Source: a virus (taxonomy: Duplodnaviria; Heunggongvirae; Uroviricota; Caudoviricetes). Taken from it: a DNA stretch of 64,000 nucleotides. Numbering within the stretch: the first letter of the stretch is position 1; each line of letters starts with the position of its first letter. The stretch is from the IMG/VR virus record IMGVR_UViG_3300028887_000068, positions 1-64,000 of that record. One strand, written 5' to 3'. Shown piece after piece: positions 9,646 through 18,758 of this stretch. Both the position numbers and the translations under genes were made by a program. The notes under the pieces were generated by a model, which saw only the letters and a program-made list of their open reading frames with translations, did no database searches and had not been told where the DNA came from.

Positions 9646-10215
9646 TTATTCGATCACTTCAATTTGTTGTGCACGGGCAACAGCCTTAGCTGCTTCATGA
9701 CCCGGTTGTTCACCATGTTCGTTAGGTAATCCTGCCGAGCAGGTGCTGTCCCAAATGATTCGCTTGTCTGGGAACATAGCTCTGAGGATAATAAGGTTGG
9801 CAATAACACAGATTTCAGAAACGAACCCGATGACGGTAATAGTTTCCGCTTGCTCAAGAACTCTACGCATTTCTGGGAGATAGTTTTGGTCATCTTTTTC
9901 AAGTCCCCAATTAAGGCAGCCGAAAGTGTGCTTTTCTACAATCTGAATGAGCTTCGGCTTTGCAGCTCTATAGATGCTCGGTTCGATTTCGTAGCCCTGA
10001 TCCTTAGCATAGACATCACAATGTTCCGGGATATGCTGGCCTTCGAGCGAGAACTTGTAGTAACGACCATCGTGCAAGTCTTCGGTCAGGATGACAGGCC
10101 CCTGATGGTTTTCGATTTTCTTAACGGCCTTTTCCAATACCGCTTGTGCCAACGGATTAGCGAGTCTTCCGTTGATGAAGTCTTTGTCAAAGTCAATACC
10201 AATAAGTGTATTCAT
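9646..10215 (-). CDS. pncA: nicotinamidase / isochorismatase-family cysteine hydrolase
   Basis: IGIDFDKDF N-terminal Asp motif and an EICVIANL catalytic-Cys motif. ATG at 10215 follows AGGTATAC. It lies within the NAD operon. Confidence 0.7.
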   Translation of the reverse strand: MNTLIGIDFDKDFINGRLANPLAQAVLEKAVKKIENHQGPVILTEDLHDGRYYKFSLEGQHIPEHCDVYAKDQGYEIEPSIYRAAKPKLIQIVEKHTFGCLNWGLEKDDQNYLPEMRRVLEQAETITVIGFVSEICVIANLIILRAMFPDKRIIWDSTCSAGLPNEHGEQPGHEAAKAVARAQQIEVIE

Positions 10216-10222
10216 TGTATAC

Positions 10223-11521
10223 CTACTTCTTGTGGGGGTTGAGATCAGATTTGATGAAATCATCAATAATCTTTGTATGGTGGAAAGCGAGGACTGGCAG
10301 ATCGTAGATGGGGAACCATCTAGCTTCAGCCGCATCATCGCCAGCTGTAATCATATCTTCTTCGTCAGGATCAATCTTTACAAAGAAGGCAGTATCGACA
10401 ATCCGCATACGAGGATCGAACTTGCAGCTGTATGTCTTGATCTGATGGAAGTTGTTAGAGCAGAAATGCAATCCAACTTCTTCAGAGAATTCTCTAGCTG
10501 CGGTAGATTCAAGGCTTGGATCGTTTTCGACATCAAAGAATCCACCCGGAAGAGCCCAGTAGTCTTTATAAGGGTAATCCTTACGGCGGACAAGGAGGAC
10601 TTCTTCGGACTGGTTCACAGCCACGATGTCAACAGTCGCAGAAGGCTCGCCATATGCCTTCATGATAGAATCTTTGAGCATAGCCATACCAGCCGTAGCA
10701 AAGACAGCTGAGCCAGTCTGTTCATTGGCAGGTTCATTGACCTTTATACAATTATCCTTGTATAAAGCCAGTGCTTGATTACCAGCATCGTTGTAGATTT
10801 CGTCAAAGTGTTCGCGGATATACTTGACAGTATTCTTCTTATACTTTTCAAGGAAGATTTCTTCGCCTCGTCTGTATTCCTGAAGACGGTGCTGATGATA
10901 CAGAGATCTGGAAAGAATGTAGTTAGCTGCTGCATCAGGCAATCCGAGTGCCTTGAACTTCTCCGGATGATTTTCAAGGATGAATGGATGCAGTTCAAGC
11001 AATTCACGGATTTTAGTAGAGGAAACCTTCTTTGTAAGCAGGGAGTCGTCACCGAGCTCAAGCCTGATAAACGGCTTGGATTGCGGAACTTTCTTCCAGA
11101 GTGCTTCAAGAGTATCGTATTTTCTAAATCCACGTTCTGCTACGATAAAGTTAGCGTAGTGCATGAGAGCATTGCTGTTACGCCATTTTCCATTGGCGAT
11201 GTTCATTGCCTGATCCATCCCGACAACGATATAAGCATCTTCGATGTTGAGCTTAAGCGTTTCCGTAATATAGTCATACATACGGGCATCTTGTTCCGCA
11301 ATTCTGAAGGACTTATGAAGCGGAGCAAAAGCTCTTCTTACCATTTCCATGCGGTCTTCGTAAGAGGAATTATATACCTTTTCGTCATTGCAGGAAATGA
11401 GAACGATGGCTTCAAAGCCATCAGTAAAGTTCTTGAAGGCATAGTCCAATGCTTTTTCAAATACGGCTCTGTGACCGATAGTGACAGGGTCAAATGCCCC
11501 GCCATAGATCAATGTCCTCAT
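10223..11521 (-). CDS. bifunctional nicotinamide/nicotinate mononucleotide adenylyltransferase with C-terminal Nudix hydrolase
   Basis: N-terminus has the nucleotidyltransferase motif GGAFDPVTIGH (HxGH). C-terminus has the Nudix box GGFFDVENDPSLESTAAREFSEEVGL. ATG at 11521 follows GGAGGG and overlaps the pncB stop (TAATG). Confidence 0.8.
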   Translation of the reverse strand: MRTLIYGGAFDPVTIGHRAVFEKALDYAFKNFTDGFEAIVLISCNDEKVYNSSYEDRMEMVRRAFAPLHKSFRIAEQDARMYDYITETLKLNIEDAYIVVGMDQAMNIANGKWRNSNALMHYANFIVAERGFRKYDTLEALWKKVPQSKPFIRLELGDDSLLTKKVSSTKIRELLELHPFILENHPEKFKALGLPDAAANYILSRSLYHQHRLQEYRRGEEIFLEKYKKNTVKYIREHFDEIYNDAGNQALALYKDNCIKVNEPANEQTGSAVFATAGMAMLKDSIMKAYGEPSATVDIVAVNQSEEVLLVRRKDYPYKDYWALPGGFFDVENDPSLESTAAREFSEEVGLHFCSNNFHQIKTYSCKFDPRMRIVDTAFFVKIDPDEEDMITAGDDAAEARWFPIYDLPVLAFHHTKIIDDFIKSDLNPHKK

Positions 11522-12801
11522 TAATAAGCCCTCCACAAGCGTTGCGAGTTATGTTTCTCAATGATAGTCTTAACGAATTCCGTGATTGCTTCCGGATTAT
11601 CCTTAAGATAAGCAAGCTCGCTCAGAGGCTGATAGTTAAAGTCATTCTTGACTCTGATGATCTGTTCTTCGTCGTCATGGTTGCACTTGCCAGCAACATC
11701 GCTCAGCTTGATAGCCGAGATACCGTTACCGCTATAGAGCTTCATGACCATATTGAGAGGATCACCACCAACGGTATTGGTGAGGAATGTGCCTTGTCCG
11801 ATGGCAACATTGATAACATGAGCAAACATCTTAACGAGCATTACCACATCATCATCCTTCAAACTGTCGCTAAAGCAAGCGGTCTTAGTAAGAGGATTGA
11901 TCTTGAGCTGCTTGTAGAATTCGATAAGGATCTGGCACCAGAGTACTGGATCGCCACTGTCATGGCGAACACCGTCGGCGAGCTTGGCATAGAGCAAGTC
12001 GAAGTCTTCGAGGAAGGCCTTGAAACCATAGGTGTCGCTGAGGAAGATACCGAGATTGCCACGATATTCACGAAGCCATGCATCGAAGGTTGCACGCTGC
12101 GATTCCGAGAGACGGAACTTAGAAATCGTCTGGAGAAGCATGAACATCTGATGGGCCATTGTACCCATGTCCTTCACGCCGTTGATCATTGCCATATAGA
12201 CATTACTTGTACCAACGAAAGCCTTGCAGTTTTCGATAAGGTACTTGACAACGAACATCTGCCAATCAAAGCTTGCACGGCGACGAGTACCGAAGTCGCT
12301 GAGAGTAAACTTGTAGCCCTCGTCGTAGATCTTGTTATACTTGTCTACGGCTTCCTTCAAACGCTTCTTGCCGAATTCATAATCGGTAGGCTGGTCAATC
12401 ATCCACAGTTCCTGAATGATCTCAAGGACGTAGATTTCAAACCAATGGTCACGTTCTTCAAGACCATTAGTCCATACTCCAAGGACATCACCATCACGGG
12501 CGACATGGATGTCTTCACGAGGGAGACGGAAGTCACGGAGCCAACGAATGTAGTCTTCGCTGTACCAATTGTGACTTGCGATAAAGGAGAGTTCATCTTC
12601 TCCGTGCTTAAGTTCACAGAGATGATTGAGCTGATACTCAAGTTCATCTTTCAGGTAAGCAGTCTTCTTACCTTGCGAACGGATTGTCAACTTCCACTGC
12701 GAACGTTCGTTCGGGAACTGGTGATGAAGTACCTGACCCATCGAATACTTGTAAGCATCCGTGTCGGTAAGGTGATTGACGATGCACTTATAGTGACCCA
12801 T
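11521..12801 (-). CDS. pncB: nicotinate phosphoribosyltransferase
   Basis: LTDTDAYKYSMGQ, DFGTRRR, FVGTSN and GVRHDSGDP align motif-by-motif with E. coli PncB (LLDTDAYKLHM, DFGTRRR, FVGTSN, GLRHDSGDP). Confidence 0.85.
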   Translation of the reverse strand: MGHYKCIVNHLTDTDAYKYSMGQVLHHQFPNERSQWKLTIRSQGKKTAYLKDELEYQLNHLCELKHGEDELSFIASHNWYSEDYIRWLRDFRLPREDIHVARDGDVLGVWTNGLEERDHWFEIYVLEIIQELWMIDQPTDYEFGKKRLKEAVDKYNKIYDEGYKFTLSDFGTRRRASFDWQMFVVKYLIENCKAFVGTSNVYMAMINGVKDMGTMAHQMFMLLQTISKFRLSESQRATFDAWLREYRGNLGIFLSDTYGFKAFLEDFDLLYAKLADGVRHDSGDPVLWCQILIEFYKQLKINPLTKTACFSDSLKDDDVVMLVKMFAHVINVAIGQGTFLTNTVGGDPLNMVMKLYSGNGISAIKLSDVAGKCNHDDEEQIIRVKNDFNYQPLSELAYLKDNPEAITEFVKTIIEKHNSQRLWRAY

Positions 12802-12804
12802 GTT

Positions 12805-12990
12805 TTACCTCGTTGAGAGTTTTAGGAGTGTATAGAGAACCATTAGGAACAGTATCACAGGTGTTCCCAGATAGATTATTACTGCAATGAGTATAATCTT
12901 CCACATTGGTAAATGTCTCTTAGGATTTACCAATAGCATAAACAATACTATAAAGAATGTAGCTAGAATAGTCCATGTTATCAGAATCAT
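12805..12990 (-). CDS. small two-TM membrane protein
   Basis: 61 aa, almost entirely hydrophobic. Its ATG overlaps the upstream stop (ATGA). It sits immediately upstream of pncB. Confidence 0.4.
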   Translation of the reverse strand: MILITWTILATFFIVLFMLLVNPKRHLPMWKIILIAVIIYLGTPVILFLMVLYTLLKLSTR

Positions 12991-13094
12991 CCACCGCCTC
13001 CGGTGATGACCATATACACCACCACGGCAATGATTCCAATGAAAGCTAGACAGCCAATACAGCTCTTGCCTTCAGAGGTTGTTTGTTTTTCCAT
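12987..13094 (-). CDS. 35-aa membrane peptide
   Basis: MEKQTTSEGKSCIGCLAFIGIIAVVVYMVITGGGG. AAAGGA RBS. Its stop overlaps the next ATG. Not in the ORF track because it is under 60 aa. Confidence 0.3.
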   Translation of the reverse strand: MEKQTTSEGKSCIGCLAFIGIIAVVVYMVITGGGG

Positions 13095-13149
13095 GTTGTT
13101 TCCTTTTGCAAAAGAAATAAGTATATGACCATTTAGCCATATACTGTAA

Positions 13150-13187
13150 AAAATAATATACGGCTTTACTTAGAGTAAAGCCGTATG
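13150..13187 (-). terminator. terminator for gene 13310-14326, adjacent to promoter-like motif
   Basis: Hairpin cggctttacttagagtaaagccg, followed on the minus strand by TATATTATTTTTT. The minus-strand motif GTATATTA (13154-13161) lies 60 nt upstream of the peptide ATG. Confidence 0.45.
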
Positions 13188-13309
13188 ATTTATGAATAAA
13201 ACTATTCACGCCCAGCTTTACCCAGAGAGTAAAGCGGAAGAAGAAGCGAGAAGAATGATTTGATTCATATAGCAACCACCAAAGAGAAGAAGTATGTTTC
13301 ATTTTAAAG

Positions 13310-14326
13310 TTAGTACGGGATTGCTTGGATTGAGCCGTCTTCGTTAACTTGAGGCGGTTGCGGATCGGACGATGCCGGAGTAGACACACGCTGAGTGGTT
13401 TCGCCATCGCTATGAGCATGCTCCAATGCTCCAAGAGAATCCAAGGCAAATGTCATGTTAGACGGATCCTCTTCAGATCTTGGCGCTACTGTGGCTATCA
13501 CACGAATCGCATCAGAAACAGATTGTGGCATGTGTCTGCTAAACATTGTATCAAGCCGATCGTGGATTTCTCTCACAAGACGTTCAGTATGGACTCGGTT
13601 AAGAGCATTGTCTCTAATAACGCTCTCAGCTTCTCTGAAAACAAGATCAGAACTAAGGGTTTGATTGGCTGTCCTGAAGGTATGCTCGTTGTTTGCAGTA
13701 TCCAGCGTAGTATTCCGCAAGATGTTATTGCTTAAACTCACCCAGTTGTTCATAAGAGAATATGCCGTTGCGTAATCGTAAGACACTTCCGGGCTGAGAG
13801 TACGTCCGTTTCTAGATTCAGTTAAGTCAGTTACAGGAACGGTGATTTGTTGCAGACTTTCTTCTGTTGCTCGAATGTCCGGATCTTCATCACGCAAGTC
13901 TTGCCATTCAGCAGTAACGTTATGGCGGTCTTCTTCTTCGGTTATATCCGCCACCTGATTTGCACATGGAGCTAAAATCACCTTCTTCAGAGTCTCTTCC
14001 AGAATTCCGAAAGCGTATTTACTTATATCACCATCCGCGAAATGCTTTGCATAAGCATTCTCGCTCTTAGTTTTAATGGGGCCATTATCAGATTCTGGAT
14101 AGAAGACAACAGAACCCATGTCAGTTAATAACACACGGTTGTAGATATAGCAATCATTCGTGAATCTTTGAAACTCGATGGGATAATGGTGTTCACCGGA
14201 AACGTTTAATATGTTTCCGCTAATCTGATCAAACTCGGGTATAAGACATGCAAAGGACTTATTACTGGGTCTATCTATGAAACAAGAGACAAACCCGATA
14301 GTATTAAGAATTGTTAGACCAGTCAT
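13310..14326 (-). CDS. hypothetical protein (possible extended member of paralog family)
   Basis: 338-aa ORF. N-terminus LTILNTIGFVS resembles the family N-motif. The C-terminal half is low-complexity S/T/D-rich. Confidence 0.5.
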   Translation of the reverse strand: MTGLTILNTIGFVSCFIDRPSNKSFACLIPEFDQISGNILNVSGEHHYPIEFQRFTNDCYIYNRVLLTDMGSVVFYPESDNGPIKTKSENAYAKHFADGDISKYAFGILEETLKKVILAPCANQVADITEEEDRHNVTAEWQDLRDEDPDIRATEESLQQITVPVTDLTESRNGRTLSPEVSYDYATAYSLMNNWVSLSNNILRNTTLDTANNEHTFRTANQTLSSDLVFREAESVIRDNALNRVHTERLVREIHDRLDTMFSRHMPQSVSDAIRVIATVAPRSEEDPSNMTFALDSLGALEHAHSDGETTQRVSTPASSDPQPPQVNEDGSIQAIPY

Positions 14327-14736
14327 TCCATTACTCCTACCTTGTATTTTCTAGCTATTTCGATTGCGCCAAAGGCTTGTTTCTTTAGTGCCTCAACACG
14401 ATTACGAGTTAAAAGTCTATGGCGATCTTCTTTCGTATTGCTCCATCTTCGTGTTGCCGGATCATAGATAGACATAGAAGTTACAGACCAGATAGTAGGC
14501 TCGTACATGCTCTTATCTTTTCTGGACACCTCTGAGAAGACAAATGTGGCGTTGTTGGTATGGACATCAACCGTATAGCAATCAAGACCGGGTATTCCCC
14601 ACATCTCTAGAGCAAGCAAATCTAGCATACGCAAGATTTCGAAATGCTCTTCTTTTGTTGCCATACGGTCTTCTTGTCTTCTACAACGCTCCATGTCCTC
14701 TTTGAGGTTAACTACGCTGTCATCAAGCTCGCTCAT
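14323..14736 (-). CDS. paralog family A member 1
   Basis: N-motif LLALEMWGIPG. C-motif AFGAIEIARKYK. Confidence 0.55.
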   Translation of the reverse strand: MSELDDSVVNLKEDMERCRRQEDRMATKEEHFEILRMLDLLALEMWGIPGLDCYTVDVHTNNATFVFSEVSRKDKSMYEPTIWSVTSMSIYDPATRRWSNTKEDRHRLLTRNRVEALKKQAFGAIEIARKYKVGVME

Positions 14737-15136
14737 GGCCTATACCAACTTCTTTCGCAAGCTTCTCTAGAAATCCGATGTTCCACTTCATTATACTATT
14801 GGGTGTTTCGTCATTTAGACTCTTGCGAACAAAATCATATTTCCAGTCTGTGTTTAAATGAATAAAGTCCGGTTCTTTTACTATCTCCGAATACGAATAC
14901 AGACGGAGCATACCCTCGCTACTTTCCCGAACTAAGAGCATAGCAGTATTGGTGCCAGGCCCGAAACCAGAGAAGGCGAAAGCCGCATCTTCCTTTCTCT
15001 CGAAGCAAACTCTATCGTTCATTATAAATCTAGTATGCCGCCCTATATCTTCAGCGCTTATAGCATTATTGAATCTTCTATGCAACAACTCAGCGCCCAT
15101 AGTTGCTACTAGTGTTCCAAATCCTGATGGACTCAT
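14723..15136 (-). CDS. paralog family A member 2
   Basis: N-motif LVATMGAEL. C-motif NIGFLEKLAKEV. Confidence 0.55.
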   Translation of the reverse strand: MSPSGFGTLVATMGAELLHRRFNNAISAEDIGRHTRFIMNDRVCFERKEDAAFAFSGFGPGTNTAMLLVRESSEGMLRLYSYSEIVKEPDFIHLNTDWKYDFVRKSLNDETPNSIMKWNIGFLEKLAKEVGIGHERA

Positions 15137-15153
15137 TAAACCTCCCTGTTAGT

Positions 15154-15549
15154 TTATAAAAGTTCATATCCTTCATTCGTTAATCTACTGCCCCCATTTG
15201 TACGATTCTCCATTAAGCCTTGCACAAGGACAATCAATTTACTTCCGCAGACCAAATGTAACGGCTCAAGTTTTAGATCACGGCTTCGATTACACCATAG
15301 ACAGCAGCCCTCGTCTTCGCCACCGTTCCAAGTAAAATTGGTGTAAGTGCTTATCTTAATGCCGTCCTTGCTCTTCCAGAGATTTACAGCTGCGGATCCT
15401 AACCCTCCAACAAAAGTGAAATCAAAGTCAATGAAATTCAATCTGTTAAGTGAAGATTCCACGTCACGAACACCTTCTCCGACGGTATCATAGCTATCTA
15501 AGAATAATCCTAAAGTCAAAAGAACGTGAGATACAAACTCAGTCGTCAT
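15154..15549 (-). CDS. paralog family A member 3 (degenerate C-terminus)
   Basis: ATG at 15549 follows AAGGAG. N-motif HVLLTLGLFLD. No clear FGxxE motif. Confidence 0.45.
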   Translation of the reverse strand: MTTEFVSHVLLTLGLFLDSYDTVGEGVRDVESSLNRLNFIDFDFTFVGGLGSAAVNLWKSKDGIKISTYTNFTWNGGEDEGCCLWCNRSRDLKLEPLHLVCGSKLIVLVQGLMENRTNGGSRLTNEGYELL

Positions 15550-15973
15550 CGTCTTCTCCTTCGTTCTTTGAGAAGTACATAAGCATCTCAGCATTGCCTA
15601 GTACAAGATTCATGAGCTTTTCGTCGGACAATTCAGCGATGTTGTGGTCACAGATATCGTGATCTCCAGACATAAGATTACCGAGTCTGCTCATGCGTGA
15701 ATAAGAAGAAAGAGTGATTACGGTATGGTGTGTCCCGTCGGCAATAACTTTATTCGACGTATCAAACAAGAAAGCAGAGTCTATGAAACCATACAACATT
15801 CCTCTCATAAAAGAAGCGGTATGTGTCTTCACATGATTCTCTATCTGTCCCGCTATGATCTCCACAGCATCCTCGTCTTCGGTTATACCGATTCTCGTTC
15901 TTACGTAACCCATAGATTCAAAGTCATACCCGAGAGATAGGAGTATCATGCTAATGTACTTGGTGTGTCTCAT
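15539..15973 (-). CDS. paralog family A member 4
   Basis: N-motif LLSLGYDF. C-motif LVLGNAEMLMYF. Acidic tail. Confidence 0.55.
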   Translation of the reverse strand: MRHTKYISMILLSLGYDFESMGYVRTRIGITEDEDAVEIIAGQIENHVKTHTASFMRGMLYGFIDSAFLFDTSNKVIADGTHHTVITLSSYSRMSRLGNLMSGDHDICDHNIAELSDEKLMNLVLGNAEMLMYFSKNEGEDDDD

Positions 15974-16334
15974 GGTACTTCCTCCCGTAATACAGTAATG
16001 TTTCAGCTTGCCCGAACAATACCCTCATCAATTTCTCAATGCGTATTTCCATAACGGTTTCATTATTGAAGTCATAATTGTTCTTTACAAAATTGTTGGT
16101 GCTGAATTCACGCGAATATGTGTTCAGCTTATGGGTACCGCTTGGAACATAGGCTATGACGACTGTATCCGTAACCCCGAAGATCCTACCGTTGAAGTGG
16201 CAACGCTTACAGTCCAACATGCTTCTTGCGACTCGCCTCAAGCTTTCTTCCATACTTGCTTCTGTGACGGTGCCTTCATATGTATTGTGAAGGCCCATCA
16301 GCAGCATCATTCTGTAACATCTAAGAGGCATCAT
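15951..16334 (-). CDS. paralog family A member 5
   Basis: N-motif LLMGLHNT. C-motif VLFGQAETLLYY. Confidence 0.55.
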   Translation of the reverse strand: MMPLRCYRMMLLMGLHNTYEGTVTEASMEESLRRVARSMLDCKRCHFNGRIFGVTDTVVIAYVPSGTHKLNTYSREFSTNNFVKNNYDFNNETVMEIRIEKLMRVLFGQAETLLYYGRKYHETHQVH

Positions 16335-16707
16335 TGTCTAATCCTCTCCTTATTATCATAAGAGATTCTAGATTTCCGAATAAGCACCGTACGAGATCAA
16401 CTTCTTGCATGTCCTTTATCGGTTCTTCTCTAGCATCCCCATCACGGGAGAGCAAAGTCGTAGAACCAGATGTAGAACGTCTAGAAAATGTCTCTATCCG
16501 GTATCCGTATTCTTTGTGCTTAGTGATGAAAACTGCCGTGTCGTCATGATAGGCGATAAACTTGAATCCAAAGATCGTACGCTTCATTGCCAATAATGAC
16601 ACGACTCTGGCAGTATCCATAACACTACTGATACTGTTCGCTGGCAGACCTAAGCGATGCTCCTGTCCTAGAGTGAGGAGAATAATTACGCTATCGAGAA
16701 GCTGCAT
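16321..16707 (-). CDS. paralog family A member 6
   Basis: Starts MQLLDSV. N-motif LLTLGQEH. C-motif CLFGNLESLMII. Confidence 0.55.
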   Translation of the reverse strand: MQLLDSVIILLTLGQEHRLGLPANSISSVMDTARVVSLLAMKRTIFGFKFIAYHDDTAVFITKHKEYGYRIETFSRRSTSGSTTLLSRDGDAREEPIKDMQEVDLVRCLFGNLESLMIIRRGLDNDAS

Positions 16708-17098
16708 GGGCTATTCTTCTCCCTACGGACAAGGTGCATTCTATATTTCCAAACATGTATCTAGTGAAATCCTCTTTCGTCATGTAGTATATATTAACGC
16801 CTTTGGCATCATCTTTACAAGAGAGCATGAAATAAGCTCCACTAGTAGTGAATCTCGAAAAGGTCTTTAAAAGGAAGCCCTCATGTCGGTAGTCTTTAAT
16901 CCTTTCTCTGATGATGTAAGCGGTTATATCGCTCACCCCGTATATGTTAGGCGAAAACCCAAGGCATGTGAAGTCATTGAACCATGTGATTAAGCCACTA
17001 GCGATAGAATTAACACCGCTAGTATTGATCAATATGTGTCCTGCACCATTGTCTAGCCCCAGAGAGAGCATCGTGCTTATGCTATCGAGCAGCCGCAT
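16691..17098 (-). CDS. paralog family A member 7
   Basis: Internal ATG at 17098 (MRLLDSIS, parallel to MQLLDSV of member 6) follows GGGGAA. C-motif YMFGNIECTLSV. Confidence 0.5.
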   Translation of the reverse strand: MRLLDSISTMLSLGLDNGAGHILINTSGVNSIASGLITWFNDFTCLGFSPNIYGVSDITAYIIRERIKDYRHEGFLLKTFSRFTTSGAYFMLSCKDDAKGVNIYYMTKEDFTRYMFGNIECTLSVGRRIAHAASR

Positions 17099-17471
17099 TA
17101 AAGTTTCCCCGATGGTTTTGCCAAAGCCGTTCAATATAGCCGAAGACAAACTTGCAGTATTCATAGCTTTCAATGCCATTCAGCAACTTGTGCCTAAAGA
17201 AATCTCTAGGAATCTTCCTGTTGCCGATCAAGTCTCTGTCGGCAGATACATAGAAAGAATCACCGTCCCTTTCGAACATGAAGACTTCATCATAGTGTCT
17301 GCCGTCTAAAAGCAGCTCAGATGAGAAATATCCAGTGTGGTTATCGTCAAACCATTGCTGAACCCTCTCATCAGCAGCGGAGACCGTAGGCCCAATCTCT
17401 TCACCGCCAAGAGGGAATCCTGCTCCATTAGTCAATAATACTTTCCAACAAAATGTTTTAAATAAAGCCAT
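17082..17471 (-). CDS. paralog family A member 8
   Basis: N-motif LLTNGAGFPLGGEEIG. C-motif FVFGYIERLWQN. Confidence 0.55.
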   Translation of the reverse strand: MALFKTFCWKVLLTNGAGFPLGGEEIGPTVSAADERVQQWFDDNHTGYFSSELLLDGRHYDEVFMFERDGDSFYVSADRDLIGNRKIPRDFFRHKLLNGIESYEYCKFVFGYIERLWQNHRGNFNAAAR

Positions 17472-17835
17472 AAGTCGTTCTCCTGTGTTTATCTAAAAGG
17501 TATTCATCAAACGCGAATATGAGCCTTACAAAATCCGTTTCATCAATTCTGGAAAAGCTGGTGACACGATGAGCATCGTCCACTTCTCTGCCTAGACTGC
17601 CGTCGTCGATCTCCATGAAGAAATCGCACTTTTTGCTGTCATAGTACAATGACAAAACTGATCTTATACAAAGGTCAAACATCACAGCGGAAAAGTATCC
17701 TTGAGAGTCACTGTTAAACCAGTTCATCACAAAATCGAAGGCTCCGGTGGCTGTTTCACCGACTTCTCCAGCGGTATACGGGAAACCGAATCCGCTTGTT
17801 AACAAAATCTTAAATGCTGTTTCAGGCTGCAACAT
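17458..17835 (-). CDS. paralog family A member 9
   Basis: N-motif LLTSGFGFPYTAGEVG (closest to member 8). C-motif LIFAFDEYLLDK. Confidence 0.55.
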   Translation of the reverse strand: MLQPETAFKILLTSGFGFPYTAGEVGETATGAFDFVMNWFNSDSQGYFSAVMFDLCIRSVLSLYYDSKKCDFFMEIDDGSLGREVDDAHRVTSFSRIDETDFVRLIFAFDEYLLDKHRRTTYGFI

Positions 17836-18301
17836 TTGGTAACATCCCCAGCTTACGGCTGTATTTCAAAAGCTCCTCAACTTGTCCAAAGAGGATCTTA
17901 GAAAACTTATCCCGTTCTCTTACGTTGAAGTTCTCGCCATGATCTCCGAAAACAAAGTCATCATCGAAACCAAAGTCCTCGTTACCACTGCTGTTAACAA
18001 GAACGCCATTTAGAATTTCGAATCGCGAATATGTAGAAACAGCATCGCCTACTTCGTACTCTTCCGGTTCGTAGTAGTTTACGAGCGTCGAACTTGGGAA
18101 GCCATACAGACTTCCGCAAAGATCAACATTAGACTCATCCTCCATGATCCTATTCACGACCGCTGAAGCACGATCCACAAATTTGTTAAGATCAACTTCA
18201 TCACCACTGTCAACATACTCTAAGATGGTTTCATCATCAACATCGATACCGAGAACAGCGGAAGAGTAGTAAATATGGTCAAATATACCGTCGTTTGTCA
18301 T
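17822..18301 (-). CDS. paralog family A member 10
   Basis: ATG at 18301 follows AGGAGG. N-motif SSAVLGIDV. C-motif ILFGQVEELLKY. Confidence 0.5.
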   Translation of the reverse strand: MTNDGIFDHIYYSSAVLGIDVDDETILEYVDSGDEVDLNKFVDRASAVVNRIMEDESNVDLCGSLYGFPSSTLVNYYEPEEYEVGDAVSTYSRFEILNGVLVNSSGNEDFGFDDDFVFGDHGENFNVRERDKFSKILFGQVEELLKYSRKLGMLPNVAA

Positions 18302-18302
18302 T

Positions 18303-18758
18303 TTAACCTCCTGACAAGTAAACATCTTCTGGAAGAACTAATGGAACGATTTCCGGATCTCTCGCTGCATGAGCCCAGTGTATCTTCATATCTCCCATCT
18401 CTTGCTCCAATGCTCCAATCATGGTTGTGATAACCATGTTTAGGGTTTCATTGATACTTTTTTGGTCATTGATATTGTTGGCTACTATGCGCGGTTTGTA
18501 GTGTCTCACTCCGTCTACATAGATAAGCCTTCGTATAGAGATTACACAATCGTCTTCGCTCCTATACAAGTCCAAAGGATTTCCAAAGAGAAGCGTAACG
18601 TCATAGCTACAATGTCTGTTAACAGCTATATTATTACGGAAATTATTGGCGCATTGCCGAATGGGATGAGAGTCAGTTTCACATGCAAATGCTGCCATCG
18701 TCTTGGCTATAATATAGGCATGATGCATGACTGTTACAGCTATTTTAAAGCTCATCAT
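18303..18758 (-). CDS. paralog family A member 11 (divergent)
   Basis: C-terminal MIGALEQEM. The N-terminus is divergent and Cys/His-rich. Confidence 0.45.
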   Translation of the reverse strand: MMSFKIAVTVMHHAYIIAKTMAAFACETDSHPIRQCANNFRNNIAVNRHCSYDVTLLFGNPLDLYRSEDDCVISIRRLIYVDGVRHYKPRIVANNINDQKSINETLNMVITTMIGALEQEMGDMKIHWAHAARDPEIVPLVLPEDVYLSGG

